A stretch of DNA of 64,000 nucleotides, from the IMG/VR virus record IMGVR_UViG_3300046820_002568, positions 1-64,000 of that record; one strand, given 5' to 3'. This DNA is from a virus. Below are positions 1 to 7,943 of this stretch, one piece after another; within the stretch, counting starts at the first letter, position 1; each line of letters opens with the position of its first letter. The translations under genes were made by a program, and so were the position numbers. The notes beneath the pieces are model-generated. The model made no database searches. It saw nothing but the letters and a program-made list of their open reading frames with translations, and had not been told where the DNA came from.

Positions 1-221
1 CCTCTTACTTCTTTGTATTTTAGAACCCTTACAATATAATCTTTCATCCTCATTTTATTCACGGTGTCAAGCTGGTTCAAATCCGCATCTTGACCAAACT
101 CAAATGAAATACCGTGAGTTCTAAGTATCCTTTGAATAACTTCAGAGGCTTCTTGTTTCACAATCGGAATTGGATTGTAAAGATAGAATTTTGTTACGTC
201 TTCTTTAATTACTTTTCTCAT
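1..221 (-). CDS. hypothetical protein, runs off the window (MRKVIKEDVTKFYLYNPIP...)
   Basis: Manually translated open frame from ATG 221 to the window edge; ATGA overlap with the stop of the upstream gene; not in ORF track. Confidence 0.75.
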   Translation of the reverse strand, partial: MRKVIKEDVTKFYLYNPIPIVKQEASEVIQRILRTHGISFEFGQDADLNQLDTVNKMRMKDYIVRVLKYKEVR

Positions 222-529
222 TTACCAATAACAATCTCATTATAATTAAGGGTTTCCATTCCCTTCATATCGTCGGTTATTTCATCATACATATATGCCT
301 TAACCACGCTAGTCAATGATTGTTCGGCTTGAGCAATCTTTGATTCCATCCAGTCATCAAGTTCCTCATTATCTTCCATAATTTCCCACATTTTTTGAGC
401 CAAAGTTGCAATGATGAAAAGTTGTTGCTTTGTCATATAATTTCCATCCTTACCTTCTTTAGTTTCAGTCTTCATTAATTCTTCTTGAATTTTTTGAATC
501 TGTGATTCCGTGAAAATATATTTTGCCAT
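218..529 (-). CDS. hypothetical protein (MAKYIFTESQ...), possible head-associated protein
   Basis: ORF 218..586; start moved to 529 because a terminator (562-589) and TATTTATA motif (542-549) lie in the longer 5' extension. Confidence 0.7.
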   Translation of the reverse strand: MAKYIFTESQIQKIQEELMKTETKEGKDGNYMTKQQLFIIATLAQKMWEIMEDNEELDDWMESKIAQAEQSLTSVVKAYMYDEITDDMKGMETLNYNEIVIGK

Positions 530-561
530 TTTTCTTTTCTTTATAAATAGATTGATAATGC

Positions 562-589
562 AAAAAATGAGACCCGAAGGTCTCATTTT
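562..589 (-). terminator. intrinsic terminator
   Basis: Minus strand AAAATGAGACC-TTCG-GGTCTCATTTTTT, C(UUCG)G loop plus U tract. Confidence 0.85.
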
Positions 590-637
590 GAGCCCAAATT
601 CACCAGAATTTGTCCACCACTTTGTTATACAAAGATT

Positions 638-895
638 TTAATATTTGATTTTAGCCAATACCTGTTCGGTGTGTGTTACCCTTTCAGCATTTGTGAAAAT
701 CAAACACTCTTTCAAAATACTTGCAGGTATCTGAATCAAAGTATCGGTCACATTGAAATGATGAAACCCTTTTTCAGAATCTATAGATACCTGAACCATA
801 CCCAAAAATAGTTTGAGTTGAACAGCATCTGTAAAGTTTTCAGATACAATTTTACCAAAGGTTGGATGTACTATATTGAGTGTTGTAACTTTCAT
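638..895 (-). CDS. hypothetical protein (MKVTTLNIVHP...)
   Basis: ORF track; ATG at 895 lies 4 nt after a TACATTTG promoter element. Confidence 0.7.
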   Translation of the reverse strand: MKVTTLNIVHPTFGKIVSENFTDAVQLKLFLGMVQVSIDSEKGFHHFNVTDTLIQIPASILKECLIFTNAERVTHTEQVLAKIKY

Positions 896-899
896 AGTA

Positions 900-931
900 C
901 AAATGTAAGTCAAAAAATCTAAACTTACAAA
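900..931 (-). promoter_or_regulatory. Bacteroidetes-type -33/-7 promoter
   Basis: TTTG-N20-TACATTTG on minus strand. Confidence 0.75.
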
Positions 932-1201
932 TTATTTTTCTACTTTGATAATAAAATCAGTCTTGCTTTTGGTAAAATCTTCTTTTTGTATTTCGTTCCA
1001 AGTTAATTCATTCAAAAAACTTTGGAAATCTTTATCTTTTATTTTTTTAAGGTACTTCAGAAGGTCCTGTTCTGTTGCATCAGGATTAACCTCCAAATAT
1101 TGTTTGATAATAGGAAACTTCTCTAAATCAATCGCTTGAAGTTCTCTAACTCCTTTGTAGTAGTGCGATTCTACTACGCCAATTTTAATTTCCATATCCA
1201 T
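932..1201 (-). CDS. hypothetical protein
   Basis: 89-aa ORF preceded by TATTTATA (1214-1221). Confidence 0.7.
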   Translation of the reverse strand: MDMEIKIGVVESHYYKGVRELQAIDLEKFPIIKQYLEVNPDATEQDLLKYLKKIKDKDFQSFLNELTWNEIQKEDFTKSKTDFIIKVEK

Positions 1202-1274
1202 ATTTTCTTACTCTATAAATATTTTAAAAATAAGATAATTGCGAACATAAAATATTAAAGTGTCGTTAATAAAT

Positions 1275-1298
1275 AAAAAAAGGTGGGTTACCCCACCT
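1275..1298 (-). terminator. intrinsic terminator after tRNA
   Basis: AGGTGGG-GTAA-CCCACCT followed by U tract on minus strand. Confidence 0.85.
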
Positions 1299-1306
1299 GT
1301 CATTTG

Positions 1307-1379
1307 TTGCGGAAACTGGAATCGAACCAGATGTCTTCAGCTTATGAGACTGACGAGGAAACCATTTCTCCCTTCCACA
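1307..1379 (-). tRNA. tRNA-Met(CAT), initiator-like, CCA not encoded
   Basis: TGTGGAA/TTCCGCA acceptor stem, TCAGT-CTCATAA-GCTGA anticodon arm, CTGG-TTCGATT-CCAG T arm. Confidence 0.9.
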
Positions 1380-1392
1380 ATATTAAATTAAA

Positions 1393-2245
1393 CGAAGCCT
1401 GAGATTACAGCTTTGATTGAGTACCTTTAGAGTTATTATTTTTTCTACTCTTATCCACAAGATTTTGTCTTGTATTACTCATTGCCAATTGGTAAGGCCA
1501 ATCAATCCTTGACGATACAACTACTCTCTTACTACTCAGCTCTCTTCGAGAATGCCTTCCCAATTAATCCTTGCGAGATTAGAGGTTTTTCGTAAAAATA
1601 TAGTTCAACTTGGGGTCTCACTATGCTCAGAACATCTCTAAGCTATGTGGGCAACTTCCGTTGTACCGTGATGGACACTTTTCCTTTAATTATTGTTCAT
1701 AATTTTAGATTGTGTCGTGGATGTGTCAGAGTAGTGGTCCACCGTAAGCTCCGTCTCCTTTTGGGCGACGAAATACTAAACTACTCCGTGAGATATCCCT
1801 ATCTCCATACTTTCAGTTTACTTCATAAAGAGACCTTGGTAGGTCATCTTTAGGGGTAGTAGCGACACCACTCGTTCTCTACCTTACCTTTCGGTTTTAA
1901 GTCCCCTTCGGTATTGGAATCCGCAATTGTGTAGTTGGAGCTACATTTCTTACTTGATTCCTATGGGTTATTCTTATTGTTCTTCCGAACTCAACTTGAC
2001 AATCCACTTTGCCAAGTCACCTGACCACTTTCCCTACAGTGTTACCCTCGGTACTAAAGGTCTTGTGATATCCCACTTGTGTACTCGAGTTCAAATTCCC
2101 TTTCGGGTTTTCAAACCGCAACCTCCTCAACACGGGGGAGGTCACTTTATCCTACTTTCGTAGTTTATTTAAGGACCATACACGGCCCATTATCGTTTAT
2201 CAGTTATCATCACCCGAGGGTTACTTTCACTGAATGGATAATCTT
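1393..2245 (-). ncRNA. large structured ncRNA (~850 nt), GOLLD-like candidate
   Basis: No credible ORF, raised GC, many minus-strand hairpins (CCC-GAAA-GGG, CC-GAAA-GG, AATCTC-GCAA-GGATT, ACCTCC..GGAGGT); lies between strong promoters and a tRNA. Ends approximate; family not confirmed. Confidence 0.7.
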
Positions 2246-2247
2246 AC

Positions 2248-2277
2248 TTTTCAAAGAACTTTTCGGTCATTTCCGAA
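2248..2277 (-). promoter_or_regulatory. rrn-like boxB hairpin plus boxA antitermination element
   Basis: TTCGG-AAATGA-CCGAA hairpin followed by AGTTCTTTGAAAA just downstream of a promoter. Confidence 0.6.
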
Positions 2278-2285
2278 TTGTTTTA

Positions 2286-2517
2286 CAAATTTAAGTCAAA
2301 ATTTTCAATCTGTCAAATTTTTCTTAAACTTTTTTTTGAGATTCGAGACTTGTATCTTAATCGTTCTCCGTCTCAAATCTTTTACAAATATACGGCTAAT
2401 TTTTCAATCTGCCAAATTTATTTGTATTTTTTTTTAGATTTAACTTTCCGAGTATCTTTCATCACCTATAGGTGTCAAATCTTTTACAAATATACAACTA
2501 TTTTCTTAAAAATCAAA
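2286..2517 (-). promoter_or_regulatory. three tandem Bacteroidetes-type promoters (~100-bp period)
   Basis: TTTG-N20-TAAATTTG (2286-2317), TTTG-N20-TATATTTG (2385-2416), TTTG-N19-TATATTTG (2487-2517). Confidence 0.8.
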
Positions 2518-2904
2518 AATTATTTTACAAATAAAATCTTTTAAACTTTTATCCATATTAAGTTTTAACATTTCTTTTTTAGTATAGTATCCACATTCTG
2601 TATGTTCAAATCCATCTTCAGCATGCGATAAATTTGGTTCAATTTCATCATTAACCTCAAACAAATAAATGTTAAGTACATTCTTTAGTTTTCCAGACTT
2701 ATATCTTTTAATCTTACCCAAATACTTTATAGGTTCAACTATTTCTAGGTTTGTCTCCTCATAAAATTCTCTATAAGCCGCATCTTTAGGGTCTTCATTT
2801 TCTTCAACTCCCCCCATTGGTATTGCCCATTTTCCGCTATCCGACCTTTGACAAAGAAGTACTCTGTCTTCAAATTTTACTATAACACCTGAACTTTCTT
2901 TCAT
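2506..2904 (-). CDS. NUDIX hydrolase
   Basis: Nudix box GGVEENEDPKDAAYREFYEETNL. Confidence 0.9.
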   Translation of the reverse strand: MKESSGVIVKFEDRVLLCQRSDSGKWAIPMGGVEENEDPKDAAYREFYEETNLEIVEPIKYLGKIKRYKSGKLKNVLNIYLFEVNDEIEPNLSHAEDGFEHTECGYYTKKEMLKLNMDKSLKDFICKIIFDF

Positions 2905-2909
2905 AATTG

Positions 2910-2923
2910 ATATTTATAAATAT
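2910..2923. promoter_or_regulatory. palindromic bidirectional putative late promoter
   Basis: ATATTTATAAATAT palindrome in the 17-bp gap between divergent ATGs at 2904 and 2922. Confidence 0.6.
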
Positions 2924-3278
2924 GTTTGTAACTATAAACGACAATGTTTTTAAAGTCAAAGTCTGTAATTCAGCAAAAGAAAAAGCCGAAGGTATGATGG
3001 GCAAAAAGTTCGAGGGCTTTGAGGGGATGTTGTTTTTTATGGGTGAGGATTATCATTGTTTTTATATGAAGAACTGTATAATCCCGTTAGATATTATTCT
3101 AATTGATAAAGATTTCTCTGTTCAGACAATTTTTGATAATTGTCTTCCTTGCGGAACAGATGATAATTGCACTCAGTACTGTGGTGAGGCAAAATATGTT
3201 TTGGAAATTGAAGGTGGTTCATGCGAGTCTCTTGGAATCTTAGAAGGAGATAAATGCATGTTTACTTTTGAATTTTAA
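2922..3278 (+). CDS. DUF192 family protein
   Basis: GMM..GMLF..FYMKNCIIPLDIILID..YVLEIEGG signature; start moved to ATG 2922. Confidence 0.85.
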   Translation: MFVTINDNVFKVKVCNSAKEKAEGMMGKKFEGFEGMLFFMGEDYHCFYMKNCIIPLDIILIDKDFSVQTIFDNCLPCGTDDNCTQYCGEAKYVLEIEGGSCESLGILEGDKCMFTFEF

Positions 3279-3302
3279 AATTTTTTACGTAACTTTGTAC
3301 TT

Positions 3303-3869
3303 ATGAAAACTAAAATTATATACTCTTTTTTATTTATTTTACTTTGTGTAAGTGTAATTGCTTTCAACGCAAAAACTGAAACCACTTGGAGCAAATATTA
3401 TGAACTTGGTAAGGATGAAGGAGCAATTCCCTCTTACAGGATGTTTTACTTAATTGAGACTTACTCAGATAGTTTTGGTGTTCCAAAGCATATTGCATAT
3501 AATGTAGCATTTAAAGAGACAACATATAGGGGTCCTTTGGATACTACATATAATCCTTATAGAACTTCAAATGCCGGAGCTGTTGGAGCGATGCAAATTA
3601 TGCCAAGATATGCATCTTACTTTGCCGGTTTTAATGTATCAAGAAAACAAGTTATGAATGATTTAGAGCTCAATGTTTGGTTATCAATGAAGATTCTTGC
3701 AAAACATTATAAAACCTATAACAACTGGGCTTTGGCTTGTGGGGCATACAATACAGGTAAACCAGTTTTGAATGGTTACGCAAAGTATTGCGGAAGTACC
3801 AAAGATTTTACTAATCAGTGGGTTGGTCCGGATTCTTTGAAGACTCAATTTTCTCTTGCAAAACTCTGA
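3303..3869 (+). CDS. lytic transglycosylase (SLT) with N-terminal signal/anchor
   Basis: Catalytic KET, SNAGAVGAMQIMP and AYNTG motifs; hydrophobic N-terminus; TTTG-N19-TAACTTTG promoter at 3267-3297. Confidence 0.85.
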   Translation: MKTKIIYSFLFILLCVSVIAFNAKTETTWSKYYELGKDEGAIPSYRMFYLIETYSDSFGVPKHIAYNVAFKETTYRGPLDTTYNPYRTSNAGAVGAMQIMPRYASYFAGFNVSRKQVMNDLELNVWLSMKILAKHYKTYNNWALACGAYNTGKPVLNGYAKYCGSTKDFTNQWVGPDSLKTQFSLAKL

Positions 3870-5250
3870 CGAATTCTGTCTGTAACATCTTCAAGAATTT
3901 AATATAAGCCGAATCCTCTTTGTTTGGGTCATACTTATATTTCCCTTTTGGTGGTCTGCTTGACCTTCCAAAGTAATTAAGCCCTGAGATATTTGTAATA
4001 CACTTATGTCCTCCACTGTTTGCTTGGATTATATCCCAAGCTGGAATCTGAATACTATCAAGTTTTTCAAAATCCTCCTCAGAAAGTTCTGAAGTTGGTT
4101 TTGCCATGAGAGCCTTTATCTCCATAAGATACTTTGCCCCATCTTTCATATCCAAAAACTTCTCTCCATAAATTGCCGTGAAATCTTTAAATGTAAAACC
4201 CACCGAACCTTCTTTAGCCGCAGTTTCAGAAATATATTTAATCGTAGAAAGTGGAACCTTTCTATCTTTGAGTTGTTTTTCCCACTTACCAAGTACCTCT
4301 TGGGCAATCTCACCAAGATTAACACCCTTTAGTTCTCTTTCTTTTTTGAATGGATTACAAGAAGCCTGAAGTAATCCTAAAGGCCAAGCAATTACTAAAA
4401 AGTCTGCCTCAGGATTGTTCTTAAATGGAGTATATCTATCATAAGAACCTGGTTTTGTCATTACTCCTCCACCATATTGAACAATAATATTACCCTTAAC
4501 TTCAGGGTATTCTTTCATCTTTTCAACATAAGCTTCTTTGTTCTTTTCAAGAGCTTCAAATCCGGCATATCCTTCATCTTCCATTATCTCCCTTATTTTA
4601 AGGAATAAATTTAAAAGAGAAGGTCTTGACTCCATAACCAGTCTTTCCAAGAAATTTGGTTTGTTTTTGAACGCCAGAAGTAATTTGTTTGTTACAAGTC
4701 CGAGCATCATTCTATTCCTTTTAGCTGAAGAATCTTTATCAAACTTATAAATGTAATTCATCACAATTTCAGGTGTGATTTCATTCTTTGCAAAATCGGC
4801 ACTGTCCACCATTGAAATTGTTGCAACATCTTCTGTTGGAAATAAATCTGACTTTGGTATAATCTGAGAAAGTGTCTCCACATTTGACCTTGACTGTCTA
4901 AATGATTTTGAACCAGTTTCTTCAGCTCCAGCCTGTCTGTCGTGGTGGTCCGTATGAATTATAAACATTGGTTTACCGTGAGCAAAGTCAACAAGGACTG
5001 GCATCACTTCACCATTTGCGTCGGCTTTTTTAACTGCAAATTCCCTGTCACCATATTGTATTACTTCAGTGTCAACAACTTCAATTCCGTTTGACTGAAG
5101 ATAATCTCTCATTGCTATTGCGGTAGTTACTCCGTCAAGCTAAAGGTCCTGGTGAAAGTAGATTTTCGCTTTTTTGTAGCGATTCGCGAGAGATTTAATA
5201 TCTCTCAATCCACTTTCTACCAGGACTATATTGTTTTTTCTGGAAGTCAT
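3811..5250 (-). CDS. DHH-family phosphoesterase interrupted by in-frame TAG (5140-5142); candidate translational bypass, 477 aa
   Basis: Frame from ATG 5250 reads ...KIYFHQDL*LDGVTTAIAMRDY; downstream VLVDFAH, HTDHHD and SGGH motifs. Confidence 0.8.
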
Positions 5251-5254
5251 TAAT

Positions 5255-6157
5255 TTATTTTTTAAATAAATACTTAGTTAATTGTATTAATTCATTTATT
5301 TCTATAGAACATTTAGTTTGTTTAGAACAATTTTCATACTCAGATATTATTTCTAAATTTTCTTTAGCCGCCAATATTTCAGGTAATATTTTGTTTTTGA
5401 ATCCTTCGTGAATACTATATTTATGGTCTATATGATAATATCCCCTACCTATTTTTAAATTTTCAGGATTTATAACTTCTTTATATTTTTTATAATTTTT
5501 GGCAGTAATCATTCTCACCTTTTTTTTGAAATTTTCATATTCTATAATTTCTTCCTCGGTTAAGTAAATTTGTATTGACTCATAAAAACATTTTTCACAT
5601 ATAAATTTTTTACCTTTTTTGTTAAAATTTACATATGTTTTATTACTAATGTGACCATTTTCACATTCTACAGTAAATTTACTATTCTTACCATTAATTT
5701 CTGAAATTGATATTAATTTAAATTTTTTTTCTCTTACTACCTTGTTTAAAAATTCTTCATTAATTATATTTTGATTTTTTTTAATTTTAACCTCTTCTCT
5801 TTTGGATGGGTTTAAATCTCCCTTCCATTTTTGGGAATATAATTTTTTTAATCTACTTACTTCATCTTCACCTAAAAAATCATCCCACTTTCTATTATCC
5901 CCATATCTTCCATTTCCTTCACCAGTACACTGACAAGGTCTACATATTTGAATATCTTTAGACATTTTGTCTTTAACTAAATGACAAGCACTAATAGAAT
6001 GTAATTTATCAGGTGTTTTACAGTTCGGATTATCACAAGACCATATAACCTTTAACGCAGAATTTCCCTTCTTTTCTTTCAGTATTTCCAAGTCAACTAA
6101 CTCATAGTAGACAGGCTTTGATTTTAAATAATAGGGCTTCCAAACAGACTTAATCAT
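5255..6157 (-). CDS. free-standing HNH homing endonuclease with Zn-finger/NUMOD-like region
   Basis: C-terminal YHIDHKYS...ENLEIISEYENCSK HNH core; CxxC clusters; very AT-rich. Confidence 0.75.
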   Translation of the reverse strand: MIKSVWKPYYLKSKPVYYELVDLEILKEKKGNSALKVIWSCDNPNCKTPDKLHSISACHLVKDKMSKDIQICRPCQCTGEGNGRYGDNRKWDDFLGEDEVSRLKKLYSQKWKGDLNPSKREEVKIKKNQNIINEEFLNKVVREKKFKLISISEINGKNSKFTVECENGHISNKTYVNFNKKGKKFICEKCFYESIQIYLTEEEIIEYENFKKKVRMITAKNYKKYKEVINPENLKIGRGYYHIDHKYSIHEGFKNKILPEILAAKENLEIISEYENCSKQTKCSIEINELIQLTKYLFKK

Positions 6158-6228
6158 ACAACTAATATATTATATAAATATATCATTGTAAGTAAAAATC
6201 AATCTAATTCTTTATGAAAATTAAAAAA

Positions 6229-6600
6229 TTATTCTAATGTAAGTAAGTACTTGAGTTTATTAAATCCATGTAACATTTCATCTCTTAAATTTAAGAGGTC
6301 TGAATCTAGTTGTGGGTCAAATACTTCAGTAAGTTCAATCAAGAAAATACAAACTCCATCTATAAAGTTTTGAACGGATATTTCAGAAATGTCCTGTCCT
6401 TGTATTGTGTATCCACCCTGATATGATGGTCTTCCGTGTTTACCCATACATGCTTCAACAAAATCATCAATTAATTCATCTAAATCACCATAAAGATTTC
6501 CGTATGCCTGATGTTTTGCGTAAGATTTTGTTTGCCAGTGTAAAAATTTTAGTTGTATTTGAGATTCAACTAATTTTTTGATTATCTCTGAATTTTCCAT
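6229..6600 (-). CDS. ferritin/Dps-like protein (DUF5856-like)
   Basis: LHWQT.SYAKHQA....Y..LDELIDDFVE and LRDEM...NKLKYLLTL. Confidence 0.75.
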   Translation of the reverse strand: MENSEIIKKLVESQIQLKFLHWQTKSYAKHQAYGNLYGDLDELIDDFVEACMGKHGRPSYQGGYTIQGQDISEISVQNFIDGVCIFLIELTEVFDPQLDSDLLNLRDEMLHGFNKLKYLLTLE

Positions 6601-6632
6601 TATAGACTTTTTTTATAAATACTACAATAAAT

Positions 6633-6655
6633 AAAAAAGGAGGTCATAGACCTCC
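6633..6655 (-). terminator. intrinsic terminator
   Basis: GGAGGTC-TAT-GACCTCC-TTTTTT. Confidence 0.75.
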
Positions 6656-7513
6656 GTTTTCAAATTCGATTTCTTGTTGTTTTTTTTGGTCAACAAATGC
6701 CTGTATTCTTTGTCTTGCAATTTCAGTGTAGTTTGGAGATAATTCAATACCTATCCACCTTCTATCTAATGTTTCAGCGGCCACACAACTGGTTCCGCTT
6801 CCATTGAAGGGGTCCAACACAATATCATTCTTATAAGACAAAATTTTAATTGCTTTGGTTGGAATATCCATTGAGAATGTTGCCTTTGTCATTGGTCTTG
6901 AGTCATTAAGATATTTCCATTGTCCAAAGACTAATTCCATAAATTCCTTTTTATCTTCTTCTTGATAAACCACCTTTGTCTTGAAAGTCCCATCTTCTTG
7001 TTCTATTTGAGTGGGGACTCCCTTCCATTGTGGTTGACCTTTAACTTTCTTGATGTGGTGTTTCTTGTAGGCAAGAATTACACATTCCTTCGGGTTATAA
7101 ATATATGGCGAGCTACAACTCATCCAACTACCCCAAGCAGTGGTTTTACTTCGATGTGGACTATCTTCTTCTAAATCAACAATTCCAAAGAATTTAAACC
7201 CAATTTGTTTCATTACCTGATAAAATTCGGAAACGAAAAAAACTCTACCTCCCCTATCTTGGACATTCACTTCCAATGGTATATTTATTGCAACCCTACC
7301 GTCATCTTTAAGAACTCTATAAACTCCTGTTAACCATTTTTCAGTCCAAATCCAATATTCTTTCATTTGGATATCGTCAATATGTGTGTCATAACTTATT
7401 CCTACATTGTAGGGTGGGCTAGTCACCACTAAATCAATTGAGTTTTCAGGAAATGTTTTGAGAACCTCTACACAATCTCCATTTATTACTTTATTTATAT
7501 AGTTTTCAATCAT
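6644..7513 (-). CDS. beta-class DNA methyltransferase (N4-C/N6-A)
   Basis: VTSPPY before VLDPFNGSGT; likely start MIENYINK because another ORF occupies 7506-7643. Confidence 0.9.
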   Translation of the reverse strand: MIENYINKVINGDCVEVLKTFPENSIDLVVTSPPYNVGISYDTHIDDIQMKEYWIWTEKWLTGVYRVLKDDGRVAINIPLEVNVQDRGGRVFFVSEFYQVMKQIGFKFFGIVDLEEDSPHRSKTTAWGSWMSCSSPYIYNPKECVILAYKKHHIKKVKGQPQWKGVPTQIEQEDGTFKTKVVYQEEDKKEFMELVFGQWKYLNDSRPMTKATFSMDIPTKAIKILSYKNDIVLDPFNGSGTSCVAAETLDRRWIGIELSPNYTEIARQRIQAFVDQKKQQEIEFENGGL

Positions 7514-7643
7514 TTTCTCTTCCAAATATATTTCTTCTCCACCACTTTCCAAATCTACTTTTTGGTTCATCAGGTATTAATCCGTCAAAGTAAAAAATAC
7601 TTAAAACAAATATAACAAAAGATAAATAAATTTTCCAAAACAT
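7506..7643 (-). CDS. small membrane protein (MFWKIYLSFVIFVLSIFYF...GKWWRRNIFGREND, 45 aa)
   Basis: Manually translated; fills the gap between flanking genes; one TM helix. Confidence 0.65.
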   Translation of the reverse strand: MFWKIYLSFVIFVLSIFYFDGLIPDEPKSRFGKWWRRNIFGREND

Positions 7644-7644
7644 T

Positions 7645-7869
7645 TTATTTCTCTAGATTTTTAATTTTTCTATCCAAATACCAAAGAGCTTTCTTTAGGT
7701 CTTGCAGTTCTTTGTCGGAGTCCTTTTTACCCGCTCTTGCAACATATTTAACTACATTAAATAGATAAGCATCCATATCAAGTCCCCAAGCCTCACATAC
7801 TTTTACGACTTCATATGGATTCGTCGCCCCGCCATAATGGTCAGGATTATTTACCATTTCTTTTGACAT
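7645..7869 (-). CDS. DUF3310 protein
   Basis: VNNPDHY...NVVKYVARAGKK...DLKKALWYL. Confidence 0.9.
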   Translation of the reverse strand: MSKEMVNNPDHYGGATNPYEVVKVCEAWGLDMDAYLFNVVKYVARAGKKDSDKELQDLKKALWYLDRKIKNLEK

Positions 7870-7943
7870 ATAATTTAAATTTTTGAAGTAACTTGGCGTG
7901 CTGTTGGATTAATTTACACCATGATATAGATTAGGCCTCCAAA

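Noticed and set aside
1393-2245. Group I/II intron, rRNA or tmRNA
   Set aside because: No interrupted host gene, and no recognisable intron core, domain V, rRNA or tRNA-like ends by eye; needs a covariance search to exclude formally.
2280-2520. CRISPR array
   Set aside because: The repeats are degenerate promoter elements with a ~100-bp period, not identical repeats with spacers; no cas genes.
1623-2544. Short plus-strand ORFs over the ncRNA and promoter region
   Set aside because: Overlapping, mostly non-ATG starts, atypical composition; better explained by minus-strand RNA structure.
5140-5142. Genome-wide TAG reassignment (code 15) as the cause of the in-frame stop
   Set aside because: Long genes translate intact in code 11, several end in TAG, no suppressor tRNA is seen in the window, and readthrough would distort the DxD motif.
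3811-5250. DHH gene as a simple pseudogene, or starting at 5112
   Set aside because: A 5112 start drops motif I; there are no other lesions; matched codons and the adjacent stem argue for recoding. Not fully excluded without reads or expression data.
6644-7513. Restriction-modification system
   Set aside because: No recognisable cognate restriction endonuclease beside either methyltransferase; orphan MTases are usual in large phages.
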